A DNA stretch of 64,000 nucleotides, taken from Fidelibacterota bacterium (GTDB lineage Bacteria > Fidelibacterota > Marinisomatia > Marinisomatales > Marinisomataceae). This document shows positions 10,287 to 19,965 of this stretch, in pieces. Numbering within the stretch: position 1 is the first letter of the stretch; every line of letters begins with the position of its first letter. The stretch spans positions 544,001 to 608,000 of the forward strand of contig OZ243041.1 in assembly GCA_965212055.1 (NCBI GenBank). Reading direction: 5' to 3'. Position numbers and translations under genes: made by a program. The notes under the pieces were generated by a model. The model did no database searches. It was not told the DNA's origin and worked only from the letters and a program-made list of their open reading frames with translations.

Positions 10287-10882
10287 TAAAGAACCCATAA
10301 GCCCAATAAATAAAAACCCAAATAAATAGATAATGCACAAATAACAACTACGGCAGATAATACTCCTGCCACAAAATCATCTGCCCATATTCTTAAAGAA
10401 GCATCGTCAGAAGAATCTGATTCCATTTTTTGCCACCAAGATGGAGCTTTTTTAGGATCCTCAATCCAACCAACAGGACCAATTTTTGAAATATCAAACA
10501 TGCGAAAGATTACAAAAGTTATAATAAACATTAAATCTCTGTTTGAAAGATATTCAGGTAATATAAACTTAAATTCTCCAAAAATATCGGAAAATATACC
10601 TACAATCATCAATGAAAAAGCCATCCCAGATACTTCATCAATGACAATTTCTTTTGGGTCTTTGGATTCAAAATAGGACAAAGATTTCCCAATTAATCCT
10701 ATAGATAACATTGTGATTATAGCAATCCAAAATAATAATCCAGACGGATAAGGATCTGTCCCTAAAGGAGACCATAGTACAAGACATAACACTAATAAAG
10801 ATGCCCATGTTCCTCCACCAGGAAGTTTTCCTAAACCGCAGAGCGTAACATAATTGTAAATTAATTTATCTTTAAAACTCAT
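10286..10882 (-). CDS. pgpA: Phosphatidylglycerophosphatase A
   Basis: GTWASL, DPKEIVIDEVSG, FRMFDISK, ADDFVAG; adjacent to pgsA. Confidence 0.85.
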   Translation of the reverse strand: MSFKDKLIYNYVTLCGLGKLPGGGTWASLLVLCLVLWSPLGTDPYPSGLLFWIAIITMLSIGLIGKSLSYFESKDPKEIVIDEVSGMAFSLMIVGIFSDIFGEFKFILPEYLSNRDLMFIITFVIFRMFDISKIGPVGWIEDPKKAPSWWQKMESDSSDDASLRIWADDFVAGVLSAVVVICALSIYLGFYLLGLWVL

Positions 10883-11396
10883 TTTTGACCACATAATGCA
10901 TACCTGTTGCTCCTGCATATACTGCATTTAATCCCATTACTAAATCAACTAATTCTTGAGTGGGAGATGCAACTAGAATAAAGATTACAGCAAGGTGTTG
11001 AAATACGGTTTTGAATTTTCCATATTTTGAAGTAACTAAAGGTCGATTTTTATTGCGTAGATATTGACGATAGAATGTGATTAAAACATCGCGTCCAATA
11101 ATAATGCTATATGCCCATGGTGCTATTGATGGAAAATCTTCACTTCTCACTAACCCTTGATATAACAATACAGTTAGTACTCCCGTCATTAAAATTTTAT
11201 CTGCCAAAGGATCGAGAAAATTGCCCCTCTCATTTACCAAATCATATTTTCTTGCAAGATAGCCGTCAAGAAGATCGCTAATGCTACAGTAAATAAACAG
11301 AATAGATGCAATAACAAAATTATGAATAAAGATAAAATAGATAACAAAAGGAGTAACTAAAATTCTAGAAAAGGTAAAAAAGTCAGCAATACTCAA
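10872..11396 (-). CDS. pgsA: CDP-diacylglycerol--glycerol-3-phosphate 3-phosphatidyltransferase
   Basis: DLLDGYLARK...GNFLDPLADK CDP-alcohol phosphotransferase motif; GKFKT. Confidence 0.88.
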   Translation of the reverse strand: MSIADFFTFSRILVTPFVIYFIFIHNFVIASILFIYCSISDLLDGYLARKYDLVNERGNFLDPLADKILMTGVLTVLLYQGLVRSEDFPSIAPWAYSIIIGRDVLITFYRQYLRNKNRPLVTSKYGKFKTVFQHLAVIFILVASPTQELVDLVMGLNAVYAGATGMHYVVKNEF

Positions 11397-11992
11397 TTTA
11401 ACTCTACTCTTTCTTTTATAGCTGTTGCAACTGTTTTATCATCAATATATTCAAGATTGCTTCCTACTGGTAAGCCAATTGCAAGACGTGATACTCTAAT
11501 ACTATGTTCTTTTAAAATTTTTTGAAGATACATTGCTGTTGCATTTCCTGATGTACTTGGATTTGTCGCAATAATAACCTCTTCTACCCCATTACTGATT
11601 CTACCTAAAAGCTTATCAAAAGAAAGTTCTGATGGGCCAATACCATCCAAAGGAGAGATTGCTCCACCCAAAACATGGTATAATCCATCATAACTATGGG
11701 TATTTTGAATTTTAATTGCATCTTCAATATTTTCAACGACACAGATATGTTTTGTATTGCTAGCGGAGCTGCAGCTACATTCTTCATCTTTTTTAAGAAA
11801 AATCATCCCACAATTTTCACAAGTCTCCAACTTATCACCGATATCTTCTAATGAAGATACTATATCATCTGCAGTTTTATCATTGGAATGAATAATAAAA
11901 TATGCAATGCGTTCTGCCCCTTTTCTTCCAATACCAGGAAGTTTTGTTAGTGCTTCTATTAATTGATCAATATATGTTGCAATATTACTCAT
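11393..11992 (-). CDS. recR: Recombination mediator RecR
   Basis: LPGIGRKGAERIA HhH, YHVLGGAISPLDGIGP, TOPRIM EVIIAT, GLPVG. Confidence 0.95.
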   Translation of the reverse strand: MSNIATYIDQLIEALTKLPGIGRKGAERIAYFIIHSNDKTADDIVSSLEDIGDKLETCENCGMIFLKKDEECSCSSASNTKHICVVENIEDAIKIQNTHSYDGLYHVLGGAISPLDGIGPSELSFDKLLGRISNGVEEVIIATNPSTSGNATAMYLQKILKEHSIRVSRLAIGLPVGSNLEYIDDKTVATAIKERVELN

Positions 11993-12306
11993 TAAATACC
12001 TGGAAGATTGTCCATTAATCCGCCTGTCACTGATTTTAATCTTTTTGATGCTGTATCTTTTGCTTTATCCAACGCTCCATTTGTAGCAACTTTAATTGCA
12101 TTTTCAATCATATCCTTATTCCCACTAAGAAGCGTTTCATCAATGGAAACTTGTGTTGTTTTCATATCAGCAGTCATTCTAACGACGCATGAGCCGTTTG
12201 CAGCAGATCCTTCGACTTCAATCTGTTCTAATTCTTTTTTTATCTCATTCATTTGAGATTTCATGTTTTGTGCTTGTTTAAGCATTTCCTTCATGTTACC
12301 AAACAT
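11992..12306 (-). CDS. ybaB: YbaB/EbfC nucleoid-associated protein
   Basis: MKEMLKQAQNMK..., VEGSAANG; canonical dnaX-ybaB-recR order. Confidence 0.9.
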   Translation of the reverse strand: MFGNMKEMLKQAQNMKSQMNEIKKELEQIEVEGSAANGSCVVRMTADMKTTQVSIDETLLSGNKDMIENAIKVATNGALDKAKDTASKRLKSVTGGLMDNLPGI

Positions 12307-13874
12307 TACATTGTATCCTTTCCTTGAAATAATTCAACCACATCGTTTTGATTAACTGAATCATTATCTGGTTTTTCTTCAATTTTTTCAACTTCTGTAT
12401 CCACTATAATCTTTACCCCTATAGAAGCATTGAGCACTTCATTAATAGAATCTTTAACAAAACCTAAATTATCATTTATTAGTTGTTGGTTAAATTCATT
12501 GCTATCATAAGATATTAATTCAAGATTATTTCCATTCATTTCTTTAATAATACAGTCACTTAATAATGCGTGGACTGACCCTCTTTCTTCTGATATTTTA
12601 CCTAAAATTTTATCCCAAGAATCTTTTACTTGATCAGTAGTTATTGCTGATATTTTTTTAGTCGTTTTTTCTACTGTTTTTTTTACTGTTTTTTTTGGAA
12701 CACTATTGGTCTTTTTAGGTTCTGGAATAGAATGTTCTTCTTGTGGAACATTTGATTGTAAGAATTTTTCAATATCAACACTTTTATCAAATTGAAGGAA
12801 TTTCATTAATGTCATTTCAAATATCAATGTTTGGTCGGAAAAACGCTTAATAGATGCGTACAATTCCGATAAACTATTGGAAATACGCACTAAATCTTTT
12901 AAAGACCAATCGTATTTATTTTTCTTATATAGCTTTTTTAGTTCAGGAGATAGACCCATTAAATCTAGTCCATTCTTATAGTGCATCAGAGTCAAATTGC
13001 GCATATGATTAATTAGCCCCTTGATAAGATCTTCAACAATATATCCTTTCTCTTTTACATGGTTAAGAATAGTGACTAATTCTTCTCCATTCTTGTCATG
13101 CAACGCATTGGTAATATTAAAATAAATCTCTGTTGGAATTACTCCCAATAAATCAATAACTATCTCATCTGTAATCTTCTTATCGCTAAATACCAAAATT
13201 TGATCCAAAAACCCTAGAGCATCTCTCATGCTACCATCAGACTTTGATGCAATTAAATCCAATGAAGAATCATCAATTTTAACAGATTCGGCTTTTAAAA
13301 TATGTTTTAATCTATCTTTAATTACTTCGTTAGTAATGGGTAGAAAATCAAAACGTTGGCAGCGAGAAATAATAGTTTGTGGCACTTTATGGATATCTGT
13401 GGTAGCCATAACAAATTTGACATGTGATGGCGGTTCTTCAAGTGTTTTTAAAAGCGCATTAAAAGCTTGTGTAGTTAACATATGTACTTCATCAATAATT
13501 ACAACTTTAAACTTTCCTTCTAGGGGTGCAAATTTAATATTTTCTCGTAATTCTCTTATTTCATCGATTCCTCGATTTGAAGCACCATCTATCTCAATAA
13601 CATCCATTGATCTTCCTTCAATAATCTGCTTAATCACATCTGATTCAACATCATATTTAATAGATGGTTTATCTGATCCATTTAAACACATTGCAAGCAA
13701 TCTTGCTGCTGTAGTTTTGCCAACACCTCTCGGTCCGGCAAACAAGAAAGCTTGTGCAATGCGATTTTTCTCAAAGGCTTTGATTAAAGTTTTGGTAATA
13801 TGGTCTTGCCCTACAACTTCTTCAAAGTGTTTTGGTCGCCATTTTAGCGCTAAAATCTGGTAATTTTTACTCAA
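12306..13874 (-). CDS. dnaX: DNA polymerase III subunit gamma/tau
   Basis: KWRPKHFEEVVGQ, GPRGVGKTT, IDEVHML, NALLKTLEEPP, SRCQRF, GSMRDA. Confidence 0.95.
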   Translation of the reverse strand: MSKNYQILALKWRPKHFEEVVGQDHITKTLIKAFEKNRIAQAFLFAGPRGVGKTTAARLLAMCLNGSDKPSIKYDVESDVIKQIIEGRSMDVIEIDGASNRGIDEIRELRENIKFAPLEGKFKVVIIDEVHMLTTQAFNALLKTLEEPPSHVKFVMATTDIHKVPQTIISRCQRFDFLPITNEVIKDRLKHILKAESVKIDDSSLDLIASKSDGSMRDALGFLDQILVFSDKKITDEIVIDLLGVIPTEIYFNITNALHDKNGEELVTILNHVKEKGYIVEDLIKGLINHMRNLTLMHYKNGLDLMGLSPELKKLYKKNKYDWSLKDLVRISNSLSELYASIKRFSDQTLIFEMTLMKFLQFDKSVDIEKFLQSNVPQEEHSIPEPKKTNSVPKKTVKKTVEKTTKKISAITTDQVKDSWDKILGKISEERGSVHALLSDCIIKEMNGNNLELISYDSNEFNQQLINDNLGFVKDSINEVLNASIGVKIIVDTEVEKIEEKPDNDSVNQNDVVELFQGKDTM

Positions 13875-13942
13875 TTAAATCCTTTTACTTTCGACAATTT
13901 AACAAAAGTTTTAAATTTTATAATGATAAATAATATTAGATA

Positions 13943-13968
13943 GAAAAAAGGCGGCAATATTGCCGCCT
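13943..13968 (-). terminator. Intrinsic terminator after the TPR lipoprotein gene
   Basis: Perfect palindrome AGGCGGCAATATTGCCGCCT followed on the minus strand by a T-run. Confidence 0.8.
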
Positions 13969-13984
13969 CATTTCTTATTCTTTT

Positions 13985-15481
13985 TTATTCTTCTTCCGTT
14001 GCTGGAATACTTTTAAGGCTATCTGCTTTTGTAGTACTAGCAGGTAATCCCATGGAAGCAGATTTCTCAAAATACTTTAATGCTAATTCGCTATCTCCTA
14101 CTGCAAGATAATAATCTCCCATAGAATCATATGGATTTGCAAGACCTGGTGCTAACCTGACTTGTTCTTGAAGTACTATACCAGCATTCTCTAGATCTCC
14201 TTTATCCATATAAGCATATCCTAACATGTTATATGCGGGAGTAAAATCAGGATCCATAGCAAGTAAAGCGTTTGCTCTTTTAATCACTGCATCAGCTCCA
14301 ATAGCACTCATCGTTGCAAATACAGTTTCGAATGCTAACATTGAATCATCTCGATATTTAACAGCTAATTCTTCAACTGTTTTGTTGAAAGCATCGTTAG
14401 TTCCATCTGTAACGCTTGCAGCTAAAGCATTGATTAGAGATGCTTCATCTTCAGATGCATTTAATGACATGCTCACAGCAATATCTAAATCATCAACAAG
14501 GTCTTCTCCATTCCCTAGAAACGCACTTGTTCTAGCTCTCATTCCATATGCTAATGCAAAATTTGGATCCAATTCAATAGCTTCACTGAATTTTTCATAT
14601 GCTCTATCCCAATCAATATTGTATAAATACCATCCGCCAACATTAAATGCATTTTTTGCATCTTGGTTCTCTGTAGAAGAAGGCATGATTTTTGCTTCAC
14701 CATTAGCTCGTTTTACTTGCCTCATGGTTCTTGCAAGATTGATTGGACCCCATTTATAATTAGGGTTTACTCCTATGGCTCTTCTATAATGCGCTAATGC
14801 ATTTTCAAAATCGCCCTTCATTAAATAATATTCACCCATTGAATCTAGTGCATTTGCTAGGCCATCCTTGCCATTTTCTGTACGCATATATCTTCGTAAA
14901 TGACCAGATGCTTTTTCAAATTCATCAGATCCTGGTTCTTCATTATTCATGTAGGTATAAGCAAGTAAATTAGATAAGAATCCAGCAGATGGCATCGCAG
15001 CAAATGCTTCCTCAAGCAATATCCTTGCTTCATCTAACTTATCATTTATCATTAAACTTCTTGCTGCACCATTTGCTAGATATGGGTCATTTGGATATTT
15101 TTTATACAAACTTTCATAACTATCAAATCTGCTACCTTCCCCGTTTATCCAATTAACTGCATCGCGCACTAATTTTGTTTCAGGATGTTGTGTGTTTGAT
15201 AATTCTAATGCTTTCTCATACAATTCTCTTCGTTGTACTCTATCAGTTTCAACATGTCCTTTATTTAAATAACATGATACACAATTTGAGTCTTTTGCAA
15301 TTCCTTCCTCAAATTTGTCTCGTGCCAAATCCCACATTACGTTATGTGCAAGATATAAACCTTCTTCAACTTCGCTACTTGCATCACCCGTTTGTCTTGG
15401 TAGTTTTCCATCAGAAGTACCACAACCAACAAAAAGCATTGCTAATAACGCTACAATAGAAATAAAAGAATATTTTTTCAT
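13985..15481 (-). CDS. TPR-repeat lipoprotein with internal two-fold duplication
   Basis: Lipobox LFVGC; TPR motifs (ANALDSMGEYYL / ANPYDSMGDYYL). Confidence 0.8.
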   Translation of the reverse strand: MKKYSFISIVALLAMLFVGCGTSDGKLPRQTGDASSEVEEGLYLAHNVMWDLARDKFEEGIAKDSNCVSCYLNKGHVETDRVQRRELYEKALELSNTQHPETKLVRDAVNWINGEGSRFDSYESLYKKYPNDPYLANGAARSLMINDKLDEARILLEEAFAAMPSAGFLSNLLAYTYMNNEEPGSDEFEKASGHLRRYMRTENGKDGLANALDSMGEYYLMKGDFENALAHYRRAIGVNPNYKWGPINLARTMRQVKRANGEAKIMPSSTENQDAKNAFNVGGWYLYNIDWDRAYEKFSEAIELDPNFALAYGMRARTSAFLGNGEDLVDDLDIAVSMSLNASEDEASLINALAASVTDGTNDAFNKTVEELAVKYRDDSMLAFETVFATMSAIGADAVIKRANALLAMDPDFTPAYNMLGYAYMDKGDLENAGIVLQEQVRLAPGLANPYDSMGDYYLAVGDSELALKYFEKSASMGLPASTTKADSLKSIPATEEE

Positions 15482-15549
15482 AAATTCACCTTTCTTGTTT
15501 TTAACATCGTCTATATTAAGGACAATTTCTTAGATAATGTATTAGATTT

Positions 15550-16236
15550 TTAAGCTAATTTTTTTAATATGCTTTTTGCACCGATGATGCGAATAACAAA
15601 ACATAGTATCAATGCAATCACAGCAATTTTTTGAGAAAGAACAACGTCTTCAATTGGAATAGATCCTTGATAAAAATCATTGAAATACATATCGACAGAA
15701 TGTTTTGCAACCGGAAATACCGCTAGAAAATTTATGATACCATAAAAGGTAGGAAATTTTGGATCAAATATAATCCCAATTCCGTTAAACATTAACGCCA
15801 ATAAGATAAATCTAAATGCATATTGTGCACTATAGCTATGAATCTTCATGCTTATATCAAAAGCATCAAACGGAATTGCCACTAAACCAAAACAAATACC
15901 AGCCAACACACCAAATAATGTACCAATCTTGACAAATACAAAGGTATTTTTTGTAGAATCAAATAGTTTTTTTTCTTCTAAAAAAAACAATGAGCATCCC
16001 ACCGCAAGCGAAAACATTGCTCCGATAAAGAAAAACATCGAAGGACTGTTAAATTCTCCATTATGAGCAGTAAAAGCCCCAAGCTCACTAATAAAATTAT
16101 TGTAGAAGGAATACCCTACCGTTGTTGGATCGCTCACGGTCCCTCCTTTAAAGAAAAGAATTGCCAATCCTAGAAACGGGATAAACAACAATTGTATTAG
16201 AAGGCTTCTTAAATATGGATTATTTTTTGCAAACAT
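15550..16236 (-). CDS. Integral membrane protein, DUF998-like
   Basis: About 6 TM segments; GYSFYNNFISELG motif. Confidence 0.6.
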   Translation of the reverse strand: MFAKNNPYLRSLLIQLLFIPFLGLAILFFKGGTVSDPTTVGYSFYNNFISELGAFTAHNGEFNSPSMFFFIGAMFSLAVGCSLFFLEEKKLFDSTKNTFVFVKIGTLFGVLAGICFGLVAIPFDAFDISMKIHSYSAQYAFRFILLALMFNGIGIIFDPKFPTFYGIINFLAVFPVAKHSVDMYFNDFYQGSIPIEDVVLSQKIAVIALILCFVIRIIGAKSILKKLA

Positions 16237-16289
16237 CTTGATGGATAATTTATAATAAAAATTATATTAATTATAATGTATATTTATAC

Positions 16290-18023
16290 ATGACAAAGAG
16301 ATTATTTATTTTCATTTTATTTTCGATTCTTGTTATTAATTGTTCTAACGAAGAAAAAATACAACCACCTTCTATTGATTTTAGCCAAGATAGTACAATG
16401 AAGGATGAGTTCTATCGTGAAAAAGGAGTCTATCAAGTTGTAGACAATGTGTATGTAGCTATTGGATATGGATTGGCAAATTCTATCTTGATTGTTGGTG
16501 ATGGTGGAAATATTATCATTGATACGACTGAAAGTTACGGAGCAGCTTCTGAAATTTCTGAGGAATTCCGAAAAATATCTAATCAACCCATTAAGGCAGT
16601 GTTTTATACCCACTCTCACCCAGATCACTGGAGAGGAACTAAAGCATTTTTTGAAGAAGATACCAAAGTGTATGCACATAAAACTTTTGAAAAAGGATTT
16701 GATGATTCTATGAATTTATTAAGACCTATTTTGACAAAAAGAGGAATGAAACAATTCGGGTATTTTCTTCCAGATGAAGTGCAAGAATGGGGGCATGGAT
16801 TGGGTCTTGCGTTTGGTTGGGACTTTGTACAACCTCCGATTATATATCCAACACATCTTTTAGAGGAAAAAATAACTACAATTACCACTGCAGGTATAAC
16901 ATTAGAAGTAACTCATTCACCTGGTGAAACAGATGATCAAATTATCATCTATTATCCTGATAAAGAGGTTGTTGTTTCTGGCGATAATTATTATATGCGT
17001 TTTCCTAATTTGTACACTATTCGCGGTAGCTCCTATCGCGATACATATAAATGGTATAAATCTGTCGATGAAATGCGTGCTTACAATCCAGAGTATTTAA
17101 TTAGTTGTCATGGACCATATTTATCTGGAAAAGAAGAAGTACACAATCGACTCACTATCTATAGAGATGCGGTTCAGTATATTCATGACTATGCAATAAG
17201 AGGAATGAATCAAGGAAAAACACCAGATGAATTGGTTGAAGAATTTGAATATCCTAGTTTCTTTAAAGAAAACTTTGATTTACAGGAAAAATATGGAAAA
17301 GTAAGTTGGAGTATTCGCAATGTATATAGTGGCTATATTGGATTCTTTGATGGAAAAGCAGTAAATCTTGAACCATTATCTAGTAAACAACGTAATAAAA
17401 GACTGCTGGATATTATCGGATCTAAAGAAACATTAATTGAACTAATAAAACAAGCTAATGATGATGGAGATTTCCAATGGGCAGCAGAATTATGTGAGAT
17501 TGGTTCTTCTAATTTCCCTAACGATAAAACTATTAAAGAACTATATGGAAACACGCTAATAGTTTTAGGTAAAGAAGAAACAAATCCTATTGCACGCAAT
17601 TGGTATTTATCAGATGCATATGAAATGATGGGACTTATCACTCCACACGAACAATACAAATCAACGGAAGGACAAATTGAAAGGATTCCAATTAAAACAT
17701 TCTTTAATGCAATGCCTCCACGTCTTAATCCTAAAAAAGCAAACGGAAAATCTATAAAAATTGGTTTTGTTATGTCCGATACTGGTCAAACATTTGGAAT
17801 GATTTTAAGAAATAATATTATTGAAATTACACAAAGTGTTCCTGATAATTCCGATGCAACCGCAAGTGTAAATACAATGACCTGGAAAAAAATCTCTGTT
17901 GGTTTAGCAGATGCAAAAGAAGCAATGGCAAATGGAGACTTGGTGATTGATGGAAGCAAATTAAAGTTTGCGCAATTCTTTGCGATGTTTGATAGAGATT
18001 CGTTTCAATTAATAGTCGATTAA
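16290..18023 (+). CDS. Alkyl/aryl sulfatase (SdsA1/BDS1-like MBL fold with dimerisation and SCP-2 domains), probable lipoprotein
   Basis: YTHSHPDHWRG, PGETDDQ, FPNLYTIRG, ARNWYL, C-terminal SCP2-like region. Confidence 0.88.
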   Translation: MTKRLFIFILFSILVINCSNEEKIQPPSIDFSQDSTMKDEFYREKGVYQVVDNVYVAIGYGLANSILIVGDGGNIIIDTTESYGAASEISEEFRKISNQPIKAVFYTHSHPDHWRGTKAFFEEDTKVYAHKTFEKGFDDSMNLLRPILTKRGMKQFGYFLPDEVQEWGHGLGLAFGWDFVQPPIIYPTHLLEEKITTITTAGITLEVTHSPGETDDQIIIYYPDKEVVVSGDNYYMRFPNLYTIRGSSYRDTYKWYKSVDEMRAYNPEYLISCHGPYLSGKEEVHNRLTIYRDAVQYIHDYAIRGMNQGKTPDELVEEFEYPSFFKENFDLQEKYGKVSWSIRNVYSGYIGFFDGKAVNLEPLSSKQRNKRLLDIIGSKETLIELIKQANDDGDFQWAAELCEIGSSNFPNDKTIKELYGNTLIVLGKEETNPIARNWYLSDAYEMMGLITPHEQYKSTEGQIERIPIKTFFNAMPPRLNPKKANGKSIKIGFVMSDTGQTFGMILRNNIIEITQSVPDNSDATASVNTMTWKKISVGLADAKEAMANGDLVIDGSKLKFAQFFAMFDRDSFQLIVD

Positions 18024-18536
18024 AGTACGAACTTCACCATACTTATCTGCTATTTTCTTTGATCCACCTAACTCTGGTAAATCTATTAAAGAAAGCGTAT
18101 GAATAGCAGCTGCACCTAACTCTTCACATAAATCAGCGGTTGCAATAGCTGTACCACCTGTAGCAATCAAATCATCAACAATTAAAATAGTGTCTCCTTT
18201 GTGGACTGAATCAGCATGGATATGAACACTATTGGTACCATATTCTAAGGTAAACGGTTTGCTAACGGTTCTTCGTGGCAATTTTCCAGGTTTACGTGCC
18301 AAGACAAAAGGTTTTGACAGTGCATAAGCAATTGGAGCTGCCCAAAAAAATCCTCTTGATTCAACTCCAACAATTTTATCAAATGATAAATCAGAAACTT
18401 TCTCTACCATAAGATCCACAGTTGCTTTAAATGCTTCAGGATCTTCTAAGAGAGTTGTAATGTCCCTAAAAATAATTCCAGGGATTGGATAGTCATGAAC
18501 TATTGTAATCGTCTTTTTAATATCTTCTACATTCAT
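18009..18536 (-). CDS. apt: Adenine phosphoribosyltransferase
   Basis: FRDITTLL, ESRGF, RKPGKLP, LEYG, VDDLIATGGT. Confidence 0.95.
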   Translation of the reverse strand: MNVEDIKKTITIVHDYPIPGIIFRDITTLLEDPEAFKATVDLMVEKVSDLSFDKIVGVESRGFFWAAPIAYALSKPFVLARKPGKLPRRTVSKPFTLEYGTNSVHIHADSVHKGDTILIVDDLIATGGTAIATADLCEELGAAAIHTLSLIDLPELGGSKKIADKYGEVRTLIDY

Positions 18537-18588
18537 AAATATTGGCGCTATAATAGGAAAAACAGATTAAACTTCAAAGCAATATCTA

Positions 18589-19251
18589 TTATGATGGTAA
18601 TACGTAGAAGAATACCGACATAAAATGACTAAAACTTCCAAATAGTACACAAGCATGCCAGATGGCATGATTATATGGAATTTTGTCATCCATAGCATAG
18701 AAAAATACCCCGATTGTATATGCAGCCCCACCGCTAATCAACCATATCAACCCTTCATAAGGCAATTGTGCCAATAATGGATTGATATAGAAAAGACATA
18801 TGTATCCCATACACAAATAAAGCAAGGTAGAAATAACATTATATCTTCCCGTTGTAAAAATTTTCCAAATCGCTCCTAAAAACGCAATCAACCACATAAT
18901 CCCGAACAACCTCCATCCTTCAACTCCTTTAAGCATTATAAGCGCATAAGGAGTATAAGAACCTGCAATTAATACATAAATCGCAATCATATCTAGTATT
19001 CTATAGCGATTACGCGCAATAGGCTCTTGAGTACTATGATACAGAGTTGACGCAGTATACAATAATATTAAACTGACACCAAAAATAGTAAGACTAAAAA
19101 TATAAATTGAATTTCCATTCTCCAATGCACGCAGCAATAAGAAAACAAACGCAATGATGCTTAAAATTAGTCCAAACCCATGGCTTAATATGTTGATTTT
19201 CTCTTCTTTATTAGAATAGAAACGTTGTTGAATCTTATTTTGTATTCTCAA
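18589..19251 (-). CDS. Hemolysin III / PAQR family membrane protein
   Basis: EEKINILSHG, STLYH, IAGSYTP, HAIWH. Confidence 0.9.
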   Translation of the reverse strand: MRIQNKIQQRFYSNKEEKINILSHGFGLILSIIAFVFLLLRALENGNSIYIFSLTIFGVSLILLYTASTLYHSTQEPIARNRYRILDMIAIYVLIAGSYTPYALIMLKGVEGWRLFGIMWLIAFLGAIWKIFTTGRYNVISTLLYLCMGYICLFYINPLLAQLPYEGLIWLISGGAAYTIGVFFYAMDDKIPYNHAIWHACVLFGSFSHFMSVFFYVLPS

Positions 19252-19275
19252 TTTTTGATTTGAATTAAAATCTTT

Positions 19276-19935
19276 TTAATTCTTAATGTTATGCTTATCA
19301 CAGAGACCAGATAAAAAACTCCACAACATATGCACAGTAGAGAATGCAGCTTCTTTGGCAAGAATTTGTTCTTCTTCATCTAGTTGTAACATCAGTTGTT
19401 CACTTTGTTCACGATGCAATACATCAGCATCTTTATGCACAACAAAATATTCCAATCCTTGATTGGTTGAAATATTATAATGATCAATCAATCCTTTAAT
19501 TTTGGTTTCAGCAATTTCAGGTACTTGACGCTCATATGCATACAATGCCCCAAGTCCTTCTGCATAAGAAGAACGCGATAAACGAAAGAAATTTTCAATC
19601 AAATCTGAAGTAAAATATTCCTGTTTCACCGAATCCAAACTATTCTCATCTGCACCTGCTGCCAACGCAAATTGTTTCCAAAGCATTGGGTGGTCTTTAT
19701 GAAGATCTTCTTCGTCGCTTAGATTGTCCAAAAGTATTTTTCTTTTTTCGATATCTTCACACATAGAATGTGTAGCACTAATGTATCTAGGAAATGCTTT
19801 GATATGTTGATAATACTGTTCTGCGTAATCCTGCAGTATTTCTTGTGTTAATTCTCCTTTTTCCCATGCGACATAAAATGGATGATTTAATAGGTGAAAT
19901 CTGTCTAGCTTATTATTTAGTTCACTTAAATTCAT
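19276..19935 (-). CDS. CADD-family heme-oxygenase-like dimetal oxidase (putative pABA synthase)
   Basis: LLNHPFY, QYYQHIKAFPRYISA, LLDNLSDEE..HPMLW, YAYERQVPEIAETKIKGL, YFVVHKDADVLH match Chlamydia CT610/CADD. Confidence 0.85.
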   Translation of the reverse strand: MNLSELNNKLDRFHLLNHPFYVAWEKGELTQEILQDYAEQYYQHIKAFPRYISATHSMCEDIEKRKILLDNLSDEEDLHKDHPMLWKQFALAAGADENSLDSVKQEYFTSDLIENFFRLSRSSYAEGLGALYAYERQVPEIAETKIKGLIDHYNISTNQGLEYFVVHKDADVLHREQSEQLMLQLDEEEQILAKEAAFSTVHMLWSFLSGLCDKHNIKN

Positions 19936-19965
19936 TCTAAAATCCCCTTTCCTTATTACCTTAAT

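Noticed and set aside
13228..14759. Long antisense ORFs (211 aa at 13228 and 177 aa at 14226) and other short shadow ORFs in the track
   Set aside because: They lie wholly opposite well-supported genes and have the S/I/L-rich composition typical of antisense frames.
614..19935. PQQ biosynthesis pathway (PqqB-like plus PqqC-like genes)
   Set aside because: The genes are about 18 kb apart with no pqqA/D/E; the second matches CADD, and the first is an exported stand-alone MBL hydrolase.
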